64,000 bases of DNA from positions 128,001 through 192,000 of the forward strand of contig JAWCCZ010000002.1 of NCBI GenBank assembly GCA_038861545.1, read 5' to 3'. A program made the translations under genes and the position numbers. Below the pieces are notes generated by a model, which did no database searches, was not told the origin of the DNA, and worked only from the letters and a program-made list of their open reading frames with translations. Source of the DNA: Thermofilaceae archaeon. Lineage in GTDB: Archaea; Thermoproteota; Thermoprotei; Thermofilales; Thermofilaceae. Below are positions 49,326-59,468 of the stretch, in pieces (the first letter of the stretch is position 1; each line of letters starts with the position of its first letter).

Positions 49326-50558
49326 GTGGTTCCCACCAGAATCGACCACAGGCTTTGCTCTACATGTAAAGGCTCGCGAAGACTTTGCGGGCTTCCCGAG
49401 TGTCCTATCTTGACCCGAATCAAGCAGCAGATAGGTATTAGCGAGAAACTGAAGCACATCAGGGAGCTGGAATCCCCTACACCCCCCTCAGTGTTAGTGG
49501 GCGAGTATGGTTATCCTATCGTAAGGGTGGGCATAAACCTACCAGTGAGCGAGGGAGAAGCTAAACTATACGAAAACCCTGCTCAATGGTGGGGCAAGCT
49601 TAGCCTTTACGAGATTGTGAAGCTGAGAGCTGGCCTCGTTTACTCCTATACACGTGCTCAAATCAGATCGGTGAACTCTAGAAGCGTCGAAGCTGTTCAA
49701 GAGGCTGCGATGTCCCTGAAACCCGTAGATTCGGAAGTACTGTTCCGAAAAACGCCTGTTTTCAGTATGCGGTTTGACCCTCTCCTTAAGCCAGTAGGTT
49801 TAGCAGGTGAAGTGGAAAAAATGCGAGTAGCCGATAACCCAGTAGTGCCGAGGAGGGTTGACCAGCTGGTAGAGGATAGAGTGAAGGCCTTACCTGCACT
49901 TATCGAGCTCTACGAGTGTGGCTACGATATTTATTACCTTCAGCGATTGCTCTCCTCTGGAACACTAGGCTTCAACCGTCGCCTCGTGCCCACCAGGTGG
50001 GCTATAACAGCGGTGGACAAGCACCTAGGAGATCACCTGCTTAGAAAAGTGCGCGAGTATCCAGAGATAAGGGAGTATGAAGTTTACCACTCCAGCTACA
50101 TTGGAAACAGGTACACTATACTCCTTATTCCAAGCGCTTGGTCGATGGAGATGATCGAGGCATGGTTGCCCCGCTCCGTATGGGTTCCCGGAGAGAAAGC
50201 TCAAATCTATACAATCTATGAACGATACAGCGGACACCCCACAGCGGAGGATGGTGGTTACCAAGCAATACGCATAGCGATACTAGAGTACCTCAACTCT
50301 AGCAGAAAATGCGCAGCGGCTTTAGCTATCCGTGAAATCACACCGGATTACTTCGCACCAGTCGGTAACTGGCAGATCCGTGAAGGGGTGAGGAACGCTC
50401 TGAAAAATAAACCGTTGCGAGCCAATAACTTAAAAGAAGCTTTCGAGCTGGTGAGCTCGCTGACTATAATCCCCATACATGAGATTCTAAGGTTAAGCTG
50501 GCTCGCTAGAAGCACTGAACGCCAAAGAAGTCTCACAGAGTTCCTAGATAACTCCTAA
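49326..50558 (+). CDS. nreA: Nre-family DNA repair protein
   Basis: C..CKG.R.LCG...CP Zn motif, PPSV.VGEYGYP, RRLVPTRWAITAVD, PVGNWQIRE, C-terminal PIP box QRSLTEFL. Confidence 0.92.
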   Translation: MVPTRIDHRLCSTCKGSRRLCGLPECPILTRIKQQIGISEKLKHIRELESPTPPSVLVGEYGYPIVRVGINLPVSEGEAKLYENPAQWWGKLSLYEIVKLRAGLVYSYTRAQIRSVNSRSVEAVQEAAMSLKPVDSEVLFRKTPVFSMRFDPLLKPVGLAGEVEKMRVADNPVVPRRVDQLVEDRVKALPALIELYECGYDIYYLQRLLSSGTLGFNRRLVPTRWAITAVDKHLGDHLLRKVREYPEIREYEVYHSSYIGNRYTILLIPSAWSMEMIEAWLPRSVWVPGEKAQIYTIYERYSGHPTAEDGGYQAIRIAILEYLNSSRKCAAALAIREITPDYFAPVGNWQIREGVRNALKNKPLRANNLKEAFELVSSLTIIPIHEILRLSWLARSTERQRSLTEFLDNS

Positions 50559-50699
50559 ATATTTCCCACCCTGATTCAGCTTGAATTAACCTCTCGGTAA
50601 CGCTTTGCAAACCGTATAAGTTTAGTCTTAGTTTACCTGAGATTTCAAAATAACGTAAACCGAGACCTAGTGGTTATATACCAAACTAGTATGAAGTAA

Positions 50700-51395
50700 G
50701 TGATGAGCTGGGAACAAGCTAAAGTGAACGCCGCTAAAGCTGCTTTAAGTGAAGTTGAGAAATGTAGTATCGTGGGCGTAGGTACAGGCTCAACTGTGGA
50801 AAAGTTCATCGAGCTATTAGTGAGCGAGTATTTTTCTAAAAACCAGTTTTACGTTCCATCGAGTATTGATACTGCTTTGAAGCTTTCTCAGCATGGCTTG
50901 TTGGTCCTCGATCCAGGATCCGCACCTGAAATCGAGATTTACATTGACGGGGCGGATGAAGTCGACCTTAAGTTGAATATGATTAAGGGGGGTGGAGCTG
51001 CGATGACCACGGAGAAGATTCTAGCGCACTATGCCCGTAAACGCGTATTCATTGTAGATCAAACCAAGCTTGTTAATAGGCTAGGTGAAAAGCATCCTGT
51101 TCCAATAGAAGTGCTACCACAAGCCCTTACAAGCGTTTTAAGAGAATTAGAAAAGCGGGGTTTCAGAGCTGTACCGCGTTTCCTAGGAAAGGGGAAAGCT
51201 GGTCCAGTGGTATCTGACACTGGTGGCATTATCATCGACGTGTACACTGATTCGATAAATGACCCGGAAAAGCTTAACTTAACGCTGAAAAGCTTACCTG
51301 GAGTTGTAGAAACTGGCTTATTCATTGGTTACGCCGATGTCGTGTACGTAGGATACCCTGAAGGGTATAGAGTATTCAGTAAAACTCAGCTTTAG
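50700..51395 (+). CDS. rpiA: ribose-5-phosphate isomerase A
   Basis: GVGTGST, DGADEVD, IKGGGAA.T.EK, PGVVETGLF. Confidence 0.97.
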   Translation: MMSWEQAKVNAAKAALSEVEKCSIVGVGTGSTVEKFIELLVSEYFSKNQFYVPSSIDTALKLSQHGLLVLDPGSAPEIEIYIDGADEVDLKLNMIKGGGAAMTTEKILAHYARKRVFIVDQTKLVNRLGEKHPVPIEVLPQALTSVLRELEKRGFRAVPRFLGKGKAGPVVSDTGGIIIDVYTDSINDPEKLNLTLKSLPGVVETGLFIGYADVVYVGYPEGYRVFSKTQL

Positions 51396-51525
51396 CAACT
51401 ACGCCTTAACGGAGCCCGCTGGACGGTATTGTTACGGTAATACTATTGTAATACCCTTATCAATAAGTTAACTTTCGAGGTAGTACCCGTGTTTTCTTTA
51501 AAACCATTCTTGAGATCTATTCTCA

Positions 51526-51813
51526 ATGGCTAAAAGAAGATTTGTAACAGTCGAAGAATACGAGAAACGCATGCTATTCAAATTGCTTAAGGAAGCCGGC
51601 GTGGAGCCTATCCCAATAATCGAGAAATTCGTTGAGAAAAGAGACGAATACTGTGCCCGATTGATAAGCGAACTTACGCACATTGAACCGCATGTTGCGA
51701 TAAAAGTCGCGGGTAAACTACTTCAGTCGCCGAACCCGCTAGACAAGACTCTTGGGGCTTGGCTGGCAAGTAAGCATGTGGAAAACAAGCCTCCTAGCAC
51801 TCTTTACGCCTAG
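51526..51813 (+). CDS. small hypothetical protein
   Basis: 95-aa charged helical ORF with an AT-rich TATA-like element about 25 nt upstream. Confidence 0.6.
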   Translation: MAKRRFVTVEEYEKRMLFKLLKEAGVEPIPIIEKFVEKRDEYCARLISELTHIEPHVAIKVAGKLLQSPNPLDKTLGAWLASKHVENKPPSTLYA

Positions 51814-52211
51814 CGATGATCGCCCTCCGAAACTTTTAACGCTCGAAGAAAACTAAGTACTGCTAAAGAATCCTCGACCGCCTTACAGTGATTAGGATTC
51901 ATCGGTAAAGTCGTAGAGCTTCAGCAGCTTTAGTGTGGACTTCACAGCTTTGATTTTAACACTTAGTGCTCTAGCCAAGCTATGGTTCTAGCTTAGACCT
52001 TGTAAACTCTCATTCAAGAAAATTAAATTAATGCTTTGAAACTTAACTGTTATTCCCTTCATTAAATAATTCAACAGTATTGAAAACAGCTTGTCAGTTA
52101 AGAAACTTTATAGAATAATTTATCTGGACTACTTATGTGGAAACGTTAAATCCACTGAAATAAACCACAGCTTTAGATACTCATATTCAGGAAAACCGCT
52201 AATGTTTTTAG

Positions 52212-54023
52212 CTATACAGAGGGGGCCAAGGGTTGAGCCGCAAGCGATTCCATCTGGATTCCATACAGTTTCGCGTATACTCCTCCTTTCTTTAGGAGCT
52301 CTTCATGTTTACCCTCTTCAACAACCCTACCTTCATCTACTACGATTATGTGGTCAGCTCTTACTATGGTTTGAAGCCTATGCGCTATTACGATCGTAGT
52401 CCTACCTTTAATTAATTTCTCTAATGCTTCCTGCAGCTTTGCCTCTGTGTACGGGTCCACGCTACTTGTCGCTTCATCTAAAACCAGTATAGTAGGTTTA
52501 GCGACGAACACCCTAAGAATGGATATAAGCTGTCTTTGTCCTACTGAGAGATTTTTGCCACCTTCAAGCACTGGTGTGTCAAGGCCCTGTGGCAGTGACT
52601 CTACAATGAATTCAAGACCTAAGTCCTTCACAGCTTGCTCCACATCCTCTCGTTTAGCCTTCGGGTTTGCTAGAAGTATATTATCAAGTACAGTGCCAGA
52701 CACAAGAAGCGGATCTTGTGGAACCATCACCATAGTGCTTCTCAGCACACCCAGCTTGTACTTCTGTGCATTTACACCATCAATTAATATTTCACCGCTC
52801 CACGGCTCGTAAAACCGGAGCAGTAAACTTACAATAGTCGTCTTGCCTGCACCAGTTGGACCAACAATAGCAGCGAACTCTCCGGACCTTACCTTAAAGC
52901 TGACATTTTTCAACACTGGCGAATTACTGTAGCCGAATACTACGTTCCTGAACTCCACCTCACCTCTTTGAGGTGGAGTTTCCAGTTCACCTTCCTCCCT
53001 TTCTGGTTCCCATTCTAAGAAGGTGAAGACTCTTTCCGTTGCCGCTAGTGTGGACTGTATAGTTGTCAGGAACATTACCAGCATTCGTATAGGCCTGAAG
53101 AATGAACTGAGGTAGCTGTAGAACGCCACTAAAGTTCCTACGCTCACTAAACCCGTTACCGCCAGGTTCCCACCGTACACAAGTATAGCTACTGTTCCTA
53201 GAGCTTCTATGAATGCCATAGCTGGGTTCATGGCAGAGGTTACAGCTTCTGCTTGTACATTTGCTCTAAGGTTTTCCTCGTTTACTCTCCTGAACTCCTC
53301 TACATTCCGGTTCCTTCTAAACGAGAAAGCTTGTACAACCGCAGCACCTGAAACATCTTGAGAAATTCTGCTCGTAACCTCGGCTATCTTCTTTCTTGTT
53401 TCCCTATACGCTCTCCTAGCCTGCTTAACTATTATAAAGTTGACCACGATGATTAGCGGTATAAGCGCGTAAGCCACTAAGCTCAGGTGTGGGCTTAGGC
53501 TCCACATCATCACCACAGCTCCACCTATCGTGATGACATCGGCTATCGTATTCAGCAATCCCATCGTAGCCATATTACCAATAGTATCTACATCATTCAT
53601 AATTCGTGAAGTAATTCTGCCAACAGGTTCCTGTGCTACCTTATCTAATCTCACTCTATGTAGATGCCGGTACATACCAGCCCTCAAATCATACATAACC
53701 CTACTAGCTAAGTAGGAGGAAGAGTAATCCCCCATGAAGTTCGTCGCTAGGTTTACCAAAGTTAAAGCAAGGAAAACAGCACTCCAATAAGCTAAAGTTG
53801 CAATATCTCCTCCAATAGCACTGTCTATAAGGAACTTCGTGATGAAAGGTGTCGCTATTGAAAACCCTATTCTAGCGAATATTGATGTAGCTGTTAAAAC
53901 GAAGTGTAGTTTATACTTAAACGACAGCCCGATCAGTTTAGCCAGTAGAACTCTATCAGGATATTTTCGAGCAACTTTCTCCTCGTCTACCCTGAAAAAG
54001 AAGAATGGAGGTGGACCACCCAT
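52212..54023 (-). CDS. ABCB-type half transporter (TMD+NBD), subunit B
   Basis: GPTGAGKTT, LSVGQRQ, LDEATS, IAHRL. Confidence 0.95.
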   Translation of the reverse strand: MGGPPPFFFFRVDEEKVARKYPDRVLLAKLIGLSFKYKLHFVLTATSIFARIGFSIATPFITKFLIDSAIGGDIATLAYWSAVFLALTLVNLATNFMGDYSSSYLASRVMYDLRAGMYRHLHRVRLDKVAQEPVGRITSRIMNDVDTIGNMATMGLLNTIADVITIGGAVVMMWSLSPHLSLVAYALIPLIIVVNFIIVKQARRAYRETRKKIAEVTSRISQDVSGAAVVQAFSFRRNRNVEEFRRVNEENLRANVQAEAVTSAMNPAMAFIEALGTVAILVYGGNLAVTGLVSVGTLVAFYSYLSSFFRPIRMLVMFLTTIQSTLAATERVFTFLEWEPEREEGELETPPQRGEVEFRNVVFGYSNSPVLKNVSFKVRSGEFAAIVGPTGAGKTTIVSLLLRFYEPWSGEILIDGVNAQKYKLGVLRSTMVMVPQDPLLVSGTVLDNILLANPKAKREDVEQAVKDLGLEFIVESLPQGLDTPVLEGGKNLSVGQRQLISILRVFVAKPTILVLDEATSSVDPYTEAKLQEALEKLIKGRTTIVIAHRLQTIVRADHIIVVDEGRVVEEGKHEELLKKGGVYAKLYGIQMESLAAQPLAPSV

Positions 54024-54025
54024 GT

Positions 54026-55771
54026 TTACATCACCTCTGCAACTGGGGCCTCAGCTACTAGCACGCCGACCAGTTTAGCGTAAATGCCTCCCCTCCGCAT
54101 CAGCTCATCATGAGTCCCCTCCTCAACAACTTTGCCATCATCTAAAACTATTATTCGGTCGGCGAGCCTCATCGTACTAGGTCTCTGAGTAATCAAAACT
54201 ATAGTCTTACCCTTAAAGTGCTCTGTAATGGCTTCGTAAATCGCTTTTTCAGTTTCTGCGTCTACACTAGACATCGAGTCATCCAAAATAATTATTTTAG
54301 GGTCTATAAGCAACGTACGGGCAATAGCGAGCCTCTGCCTTTGCCCACCGGAAACAGTCACCCCCCTCTCCCCAATAGGGGTATCATAACCTTGAGGAAG
54401 ACCAGCGACAAAATCGTGGAGCTTCGCTAACTTAGCCGCTCTAACAATATCCTCTTGTGTCGCATCCGGTTTTCCATACGCAATATTATTCCTTATAGTG
54501 TCCGGAAACACGTATATGTCTTGGTGGACAATCCCAATTTGCCTCCGAAGTGAATCCAATTTCACCTTCTTTATATTAATTCCATCTATTAGGATAGATC
54601 CCTTCTGTGGATCATAAAACCTTGGAATTAGTTGCACAAGCGTGCTCTTTCCACTTCCAGCTGGACCAACAATTGCGACAACTTCGCCCGGTTTCACCCT
54701 GAGGCTCACTCCTTTCAGCACCCATTTCTCATTATCATAGCTAAACCAGACATCCTTAAGCTCAACTTCACCCCTTGTAACTTCCAAAGGTATAGCGTCT
54801 TCCGCCTCCCTAACCTCTGGCTCAATGTCCAATATTTCGAAAACCCTAGAGGCGGCCGATAAACCGTACGCGTAATTCACGGTGAAAAACCCCAATGCGA
54901 TAAATGGCCATATAACCATGCTAGCATACATAGCCATTGCAACAAGATTTCCGACGGTTAAAGAATTGGACGCAACCATGCCTCCACCAATCCAGAAAAC
55001 AATTAATCCGCTGAGGCTTGCAATAAAGCCAACGAAAGGCCAAGTAGAAGCCCTTAACTTCGCCCCTTTAAGCGAAAGCTGAAGGTGTTGATCGCTTAAC
55101 GTTATGAAACGCTCCCATAGCAGGGGAAAAGCATTCAATGCTCGTACAACCTTTAATCCACTTGCCACCTCGGTGACGTGTGATGTCATTTTCCCATAAA
55201 GCTCTCTCGATGAATCAAAGATAGGCCTAATTTGTCTTGCAAAACGTCTTACAAGTAGAAATATCACCGGCAAAGGAATAATCGAGTAGAATGTTAAGGT
55301 TGGGCTAATAGTCACCATGAAGTATAGTGCTGCTGCAAGCGTGAAAAGGGCACCAGTTAAGCCGGTAAAAGCCATACGAATGAAACCCGTAACTACGTCA
55401 ATATCTCCTGTGGCTCGCGCAACAAGCTGTCCAGTATCCACTCGTTTGTAGAAACCTAGAGTTAACTCTTGGAGACGTCTGTAAACATCATTCCTTAAGT
55501 CGAAAGCAATCTTCTGAGAAAGATACTGGGCGCTTAAGTTAGTTGCATAGTTAAGGAAACCTTGAACTAAGATTAACGCGATGATTGGTAAGGCTAACAA
55601 AAAGATATTTCCAGGTTGCCCGTAGATTAATGCGTTTATAACTTCACCGGCTAAGGTTGGCGTATACATTCCTGTGAAGGAACCAGTCAGGGAAAACGCA
55701 ACCGCAAGGACAGCTAGCTTCCACTGTCTACCCGCGTACGATAACAGTCTCCTTCCGTTTCTCGAGCTCAT
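54026..55771 (-). CDS. ABCB-type half transporter (TMD+NBD), subunit A
   Basis: GPAGSGKST, VSGGQRQ, degenerate Walker B LDDS, switch Gln in ITQR. Confidence 0.95.
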   Translation of the reverse strand: MSSRNGRRLLSYAGRQWKLAVLAVAFSLTGSFTGMYTPTLAGEVINALIYGQPGNIFLLALPIIALILVQGFLNYATNLSAQYLSQKIAFDLRNDVYRRLQELTLGFYKRVDTGQLVARATGDIDVVTGFIRMAFTGLTGALFTLAAALYFMVTISPTLTFYSIIPLPVIFLLVRRFARQIRPIFDSSRELYGKMTSHVTEVASGLKVVRALNAFPLLWERFITLSDQHLQLSLKGAKLRASTWPFVGFIASLSGLIVFWIGGGMVASNSLTVGNLVAMAMYASMVIWPFIALGFFTVNYAYGLSAASRVFEILDIEPEVREAEDAIPLEVTRGEVELKDVWFSYDNEKWVLKGVSLRVKPGEVVAIVGPAGSGKSTLVQLIPRFYDPQKGSILIDGINIKKVKLDSLRRQIGIVHQDIYVFPDTIRNNIAYGKPDATQEDIVRAAKLAKLHDFVAGLPQGYDTPIGERGVTVSGGQRQRLAIARTLLIDPKIIILDDSMSSVDAETEKAIYEAITEHFKGKTIVLITQRPSTMRLADRIIVLDDGKVVEEGTHDELMRRGGIYAKLVGVLVAEAPVAEVM

Positions 55772-56170
55772 GCTACACCACCGTGTAGCGTCACAAATGT
55801 ACCTCTAATAAGGTTTCCTATACCGCTGAAAAAATTAATTAAAACGCATAAAACTCCAACCCTTGTAATAGCCGGGGTAATTTTCATACTGTTCCCTCAC
55901 TTACCTAATATAGTAACTTATTTTAATATTTTTCTATTTAGGATCTTGAAAACATCTAGTAATGCGTATATAAAACCTGGGAAAAACAATTCAGCCTTTT
56001 AGCAACTGTTCTACAGTAAAATGATCGAAATTTTTATGCTCAGGCATTAACTTAAAACTACCTGAAAAAGCTTAATTATAAATATGCTAAACATTCATTA
56101 TAAGTACTTTTTAATGAAAATCATTTTAAAGGACACACCAAGTGGCTTAGAAAAAGTTTATAAGTAAATA

Positions 56171-58375
56171 GTGCTCAAAGGGTCGATGCAAAATAAGCAA
56201 GCCTCTGGTTCGAAAAGCGGAAAAGGGAAAACTCTCTACCTATTAATTGCTGTTGTAGCAATTATCGTAGTAGGAGCTTTAATGTTCTGGTTCTTAAGTG
56301 CACCACCAAGAGAACAGCCCTCGGAGGAGAAACCTCCAACTGAACCATCTGCCCCTTCGAAAACTTTCCATAAGCAAGTTCTCTACATAATTGTAAATGA
56401 TGAAGGCACGAGAATAAACATGTATAAAACAGGCGTGTTCGATATTGGAGTTGTAACGCCTGCACGATGGCCTGATGTTAATAATACTCCGGTTAACGAA
56501 TTTTCACTTAGACTTGTACGTAGACCAGATAGGCCTGGGCTTACCATACAGTATATTTGTCTCAACCCAGAACGAGAACCATTAAACAACGTGAACGTAA
56601 GGCGTGCACTGGCATATGCGACGCCTTACGAGATAATTCTGAATCAAGTTTTCAACAAGCTGTACACTCAATTGCACACAATAGTTCCTAAGGGCGTTCC
56701 AGGGTACACCGAATTTGGGATCGAAAAGTTTGAGTATAATGTTACGAAGGCAAGCGAGATAATTGCTAAGCTGAAAGCTGAGACCGGCTTTGATCCAAGC
56801 AAGTACGTGATTACAATCATCTATAATGAGGGTAATACCGCGCGTCAGCAAATCGCTAGCCTGCTTCAACAATCATGGGGCCAACTCGGCTTCAAAGTAA
56901 ATGTTGAAGCCTACTCTTGGCCGAAATACCTTGACCTTTTTGATCACTTCCAGTACGATGTAGCGTTACTCGGATGGATACCCGATTACCTCGACGCTGA
57001 CAACTACCTGATGCCCTTCGTATACGGTGGTGCCGAATTCAGTGAAATCGAATACCACGCTAACGTGGCGGCAGAAGATGTAGGCAACTATGTATCTTCG
57101 ATAGAAAGTATAATAGAGGTGGAAGACTACACAGTAATTGTTGGCCCGAAAGGTACTGGTGCTAGCTACACCGGACCCACAGCTAAGCCGTTAATTATAA
57201 TAAACTATGTAGTGGACTGGGATACTACTAATGCAAACTGGAAAAATCCGATTAGTATGGTTACGCTGGGCGCTGGTGGGTTAAAAGATATAACGTTAAG
57301 CGCCTTGTGCAGGGCTTCGCAGAGGATTATTGAAAGCAGTGTGAGGAAAGCCGTTATCCAGGCTGCTGTGATTACGTTTAACCGGGCGGTATCAATGATT
57401 TTAATGGGGCAAAACATAATAGGAGAAAACTTCGGTACATGGGTCTACGGTATGTATTACCCGTTATCAACTTTTGCTCGCTATGATCTTGTATGGGAAA
57501 ACGCAAGCGCGCCTGTAATCGATACTGGTGTGTTGGATGTTAAAAATGACCCTGAAACAATGGTTATAGGCACTATTGGTTGGCCTGATACATTTGATCC
57601 TGCTAAGTCATATGAATCATTTGGCTGGGAGATTTTCTGGCATGTTTACGGGCGGCTTGTAACACTGTGGAAGGAAGATACTGAACCTATACCTGAGTTA
57701 GCAGTTGCCTGGGCTTTCAGCAAAGACGGGACTGATTTGTACTTCGTTATGCGGGGTGATGTACTGGCATACGACCCATGGAATGGTAAAACGTATCCAA
57801 TTACCGCGGTTGACGCCCTCTTCAGCGTTTGGCGAGCGGTAAGGGCAAACTTACCCGGCGGACCTCAGTGGATGATTGACAGTTTCATCGACGTTAACTC
57901 ATCGTCCGTACTAACAGAGAACGAACTCGACTCGATAGCTAAAACTGAAGGCTTAATAGCGGAATTTAAAGGTAAGACAGCTGAAGTGAAAAGCTTTTCT
58001 GAGCTTTTGAACTTCTTCGGCTACTCCGGTAAAACAGCTGGAGTAGTAAAATTCAAAATGTGGTTCCCCTATGCACCGATCCTTCAAATATTCGTTACAG
58101 GCGTGGGCTCGGTTTTTCCAATGGAGTATGCACTGGGAGACCAATACCAAGCAGCGCTTGGAGATTCGAATAATGGTAAGATACCGGCTGCATGGGCAAA
58201 TTACATTCAACCCGGGCAGGAGGATCCGGTGTTCCTATTATTATCGACGAAACCTGTGTCGACTGGACCCTACTACGTGGCTGACTATAAAGAGGATAGC
58301 TACGTGCTTCTAAAGTTCAACCCCTACTACTGGAACACAACCTTATGGCAAGAGCTATACAGTTTCAAACCATAA
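56171..58375 (+). CDS. dppA: peptide ABC transporter substrate-binding protein (family 5), circularly permuted
   Basis: N-terminal TM anchor; VRRALAYA and GW.PDY.D motifs precede P.TFDPA, PELA..W..S.DG, TGPY and NPYYW; first gene of the dpp operon. Confidence 0.9.
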   Translation: MLKGSMQNKQASGSKSGKGKTLYLLIAVVAIIVVGALMFWFLSAPPREQPSEEKPPTEPSAPSKTFHKQVLYIIVNDEGTRINMYKTGVFDIGVVTPARWPDVNNTPVNEFSLRLVRRPDRPGLTIQYICLNPEREPLNNVNVRRALAYATPYEIILNQVFNKLYTQLHTIVPKGVPGYTEFGIEKFEYNVTKASEIIAKLKAETGFDPSKYVITIIYNEGNTARQQIASLLQQSWGQLGFKVNVEAYSWPKYLDLFDHFQYDVALLGWIPDYLDADNYLMPFVYGGAEFSEIEYHANVAAEDVGNYVSSIESIIEVEDYTVIVGPKGTGASYTGPTAKPLIIINYVVDWDTTNANWKNPISMVTLGAGGLKDITLSALCRASQRIIESSVRKAVIQAAVITFNRAVSMILMGQNIIGENFGTWVYGMYYPLSTFARYDLVWENASAPVIDTGVLDVKNDPETMVIGTIGWPDTFDPAKSYESFGWEIFWHVYGRLVTLWKEDTEPIPELAVAWAFSKDGTDLYFVMRGDVLAYDPWNGKTYPITAVDALFSVWRAVRANLPGGPQWMIDSFIDVNSSSVLTENELDSIAKTEGLIAEFKGKTAEVKSFSELLNFFGYSGKTAGVVKFKMWFPYAPILQIFVTGVGSVFPMEYALGDQYQAALGDSNNGKIPAAWANYIQPGQEDPVFLLLSTKPVSTGPYYVADYKEDSYVLLKFNPYYWNTTLWQELYSFKP

Positions 58376-58391
58376 TTCTCAATTCCTTTTT

Positions 58392-59465
58392 TTGAGGTGT
58401 TTGTTTTTGGGGCTAGTAAGTTACCTAGTTAGAAGGATGCTAACCCTAGTACCTAGCATTATAGGTGCTCTTCTGATAACTTACCTCATAGCTTACGTTA
58501 TACCGACGGATCCCGTAAGAGCATGGGTTGGAGAGAAACTAATGGACCCCTCAACCCTGGAGAGGTTGAAGAACGAGTATAAGTTCAATGCCCCATGGTA
58601 TGAGCAGTTCGCTTTCTTGATTCAGAAACTTTTCACCGGTACACTAATCGACCCCACTAAGGGCGTCCCTGTTGTTCAGCAGGTTTCAGAAAAGTTCCCG
58701 ATCACAGTAGAGTTGGCTATTTTCGGATTCATATTCACCATAGCCATTGGTATACCCCTAGGTATAGTAGCAGCAGCTAAGAAGGATAGTTTAGTCGACC
58801 TGTTTGTTAGGGTATTTGCCCTTTTTGGGGGTTCAATCCCATCTTTCGTGCTATACTACTTCTTAATACTTACTTTTTACGTTTATGCTCGAGCGTCACT
58901 TATGGCTGGAGTACCGACTGTAAGCTCAGCGTGTATAGCGGAATTAAACGGTATTAAGGATGCAATACCCGTGCTCGGTTTGCTTATCTGGTCTATCGGG
59001 CAAGTACCCATGTTCGGTGGATCTATTTGCGGTGAATTCAACATTCTATCGAGCACTTTTATACGTATGTGGCTTCCAGGACTCGCTCTAGGCCTCCTTT
59101 CAGGCGGGTTTATAGCCAGAGTGGTAAGAAACAGTTTGCTGGATGCTCTCAGCTCTGATTCCATTTTGTTTGCTAAAGCGAGAGGGTTGAGAGAGGGTAG
59201 AATATGGCGTCATGCTCTTAAAAATGCATTCGCGCCGATAACCACTATCTTAGGGCTAAACTTCGCCGGCCTTCTTACTGGTGCAATTATTGCCGAGAAT
59301 GTGTTCAATATACCAGGGGTAGGTAGGTACATGTACCAAGGAATCAGCAGGCTCAACTTCCCGGTTATCATCGCAGGAACATTCCTTTATGCCATAGTGT
59401 ACATAGTCATGAATCTAATAGTGGATCTTGTTTACGCGTTGGTGGATCCGAGGGTGAGATACTAA
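58392..59465 (+). CDS. dppB: peptide ABC transporter permease
   Basis: P.TVELA, GIPLG, AKARGL..., HALKNA, ENVFNIPGVG, DPRVRY. Confidence 0.95.
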   Translation: MRCLFLGLVSYLVRRMLTLVPSIIGALLITYLIAYVIPTDPVRAWVGEKLMDPSTLERLKNEYKFNAPWYEQFAFLIQKLFTGTLIDPTKGVPVVQQVSEKFPITVELAIFGFIFTIAIGIPLGIVAAAKKDSLVDLFVRVFALFGGSIPSFVLYYFLILTFYVYARASLMAGVPTVSSACIAELNGIKDAIPVLGLLIWSIGQVPMFGGSICGEFNILSSTFIRMWLPGLALGLLSGGFIARVVRNSLLDALSSDSILFAKARGLREGRIWRHALKNAFAPITTILGLNFAGLLTGAIIAENVFNIPGVGRYMYQGISRLNFPVIIAGTFLYAIVYIVMNLIVDLVYALVDPRVRY

Positions 59466-59468
59466 CCG

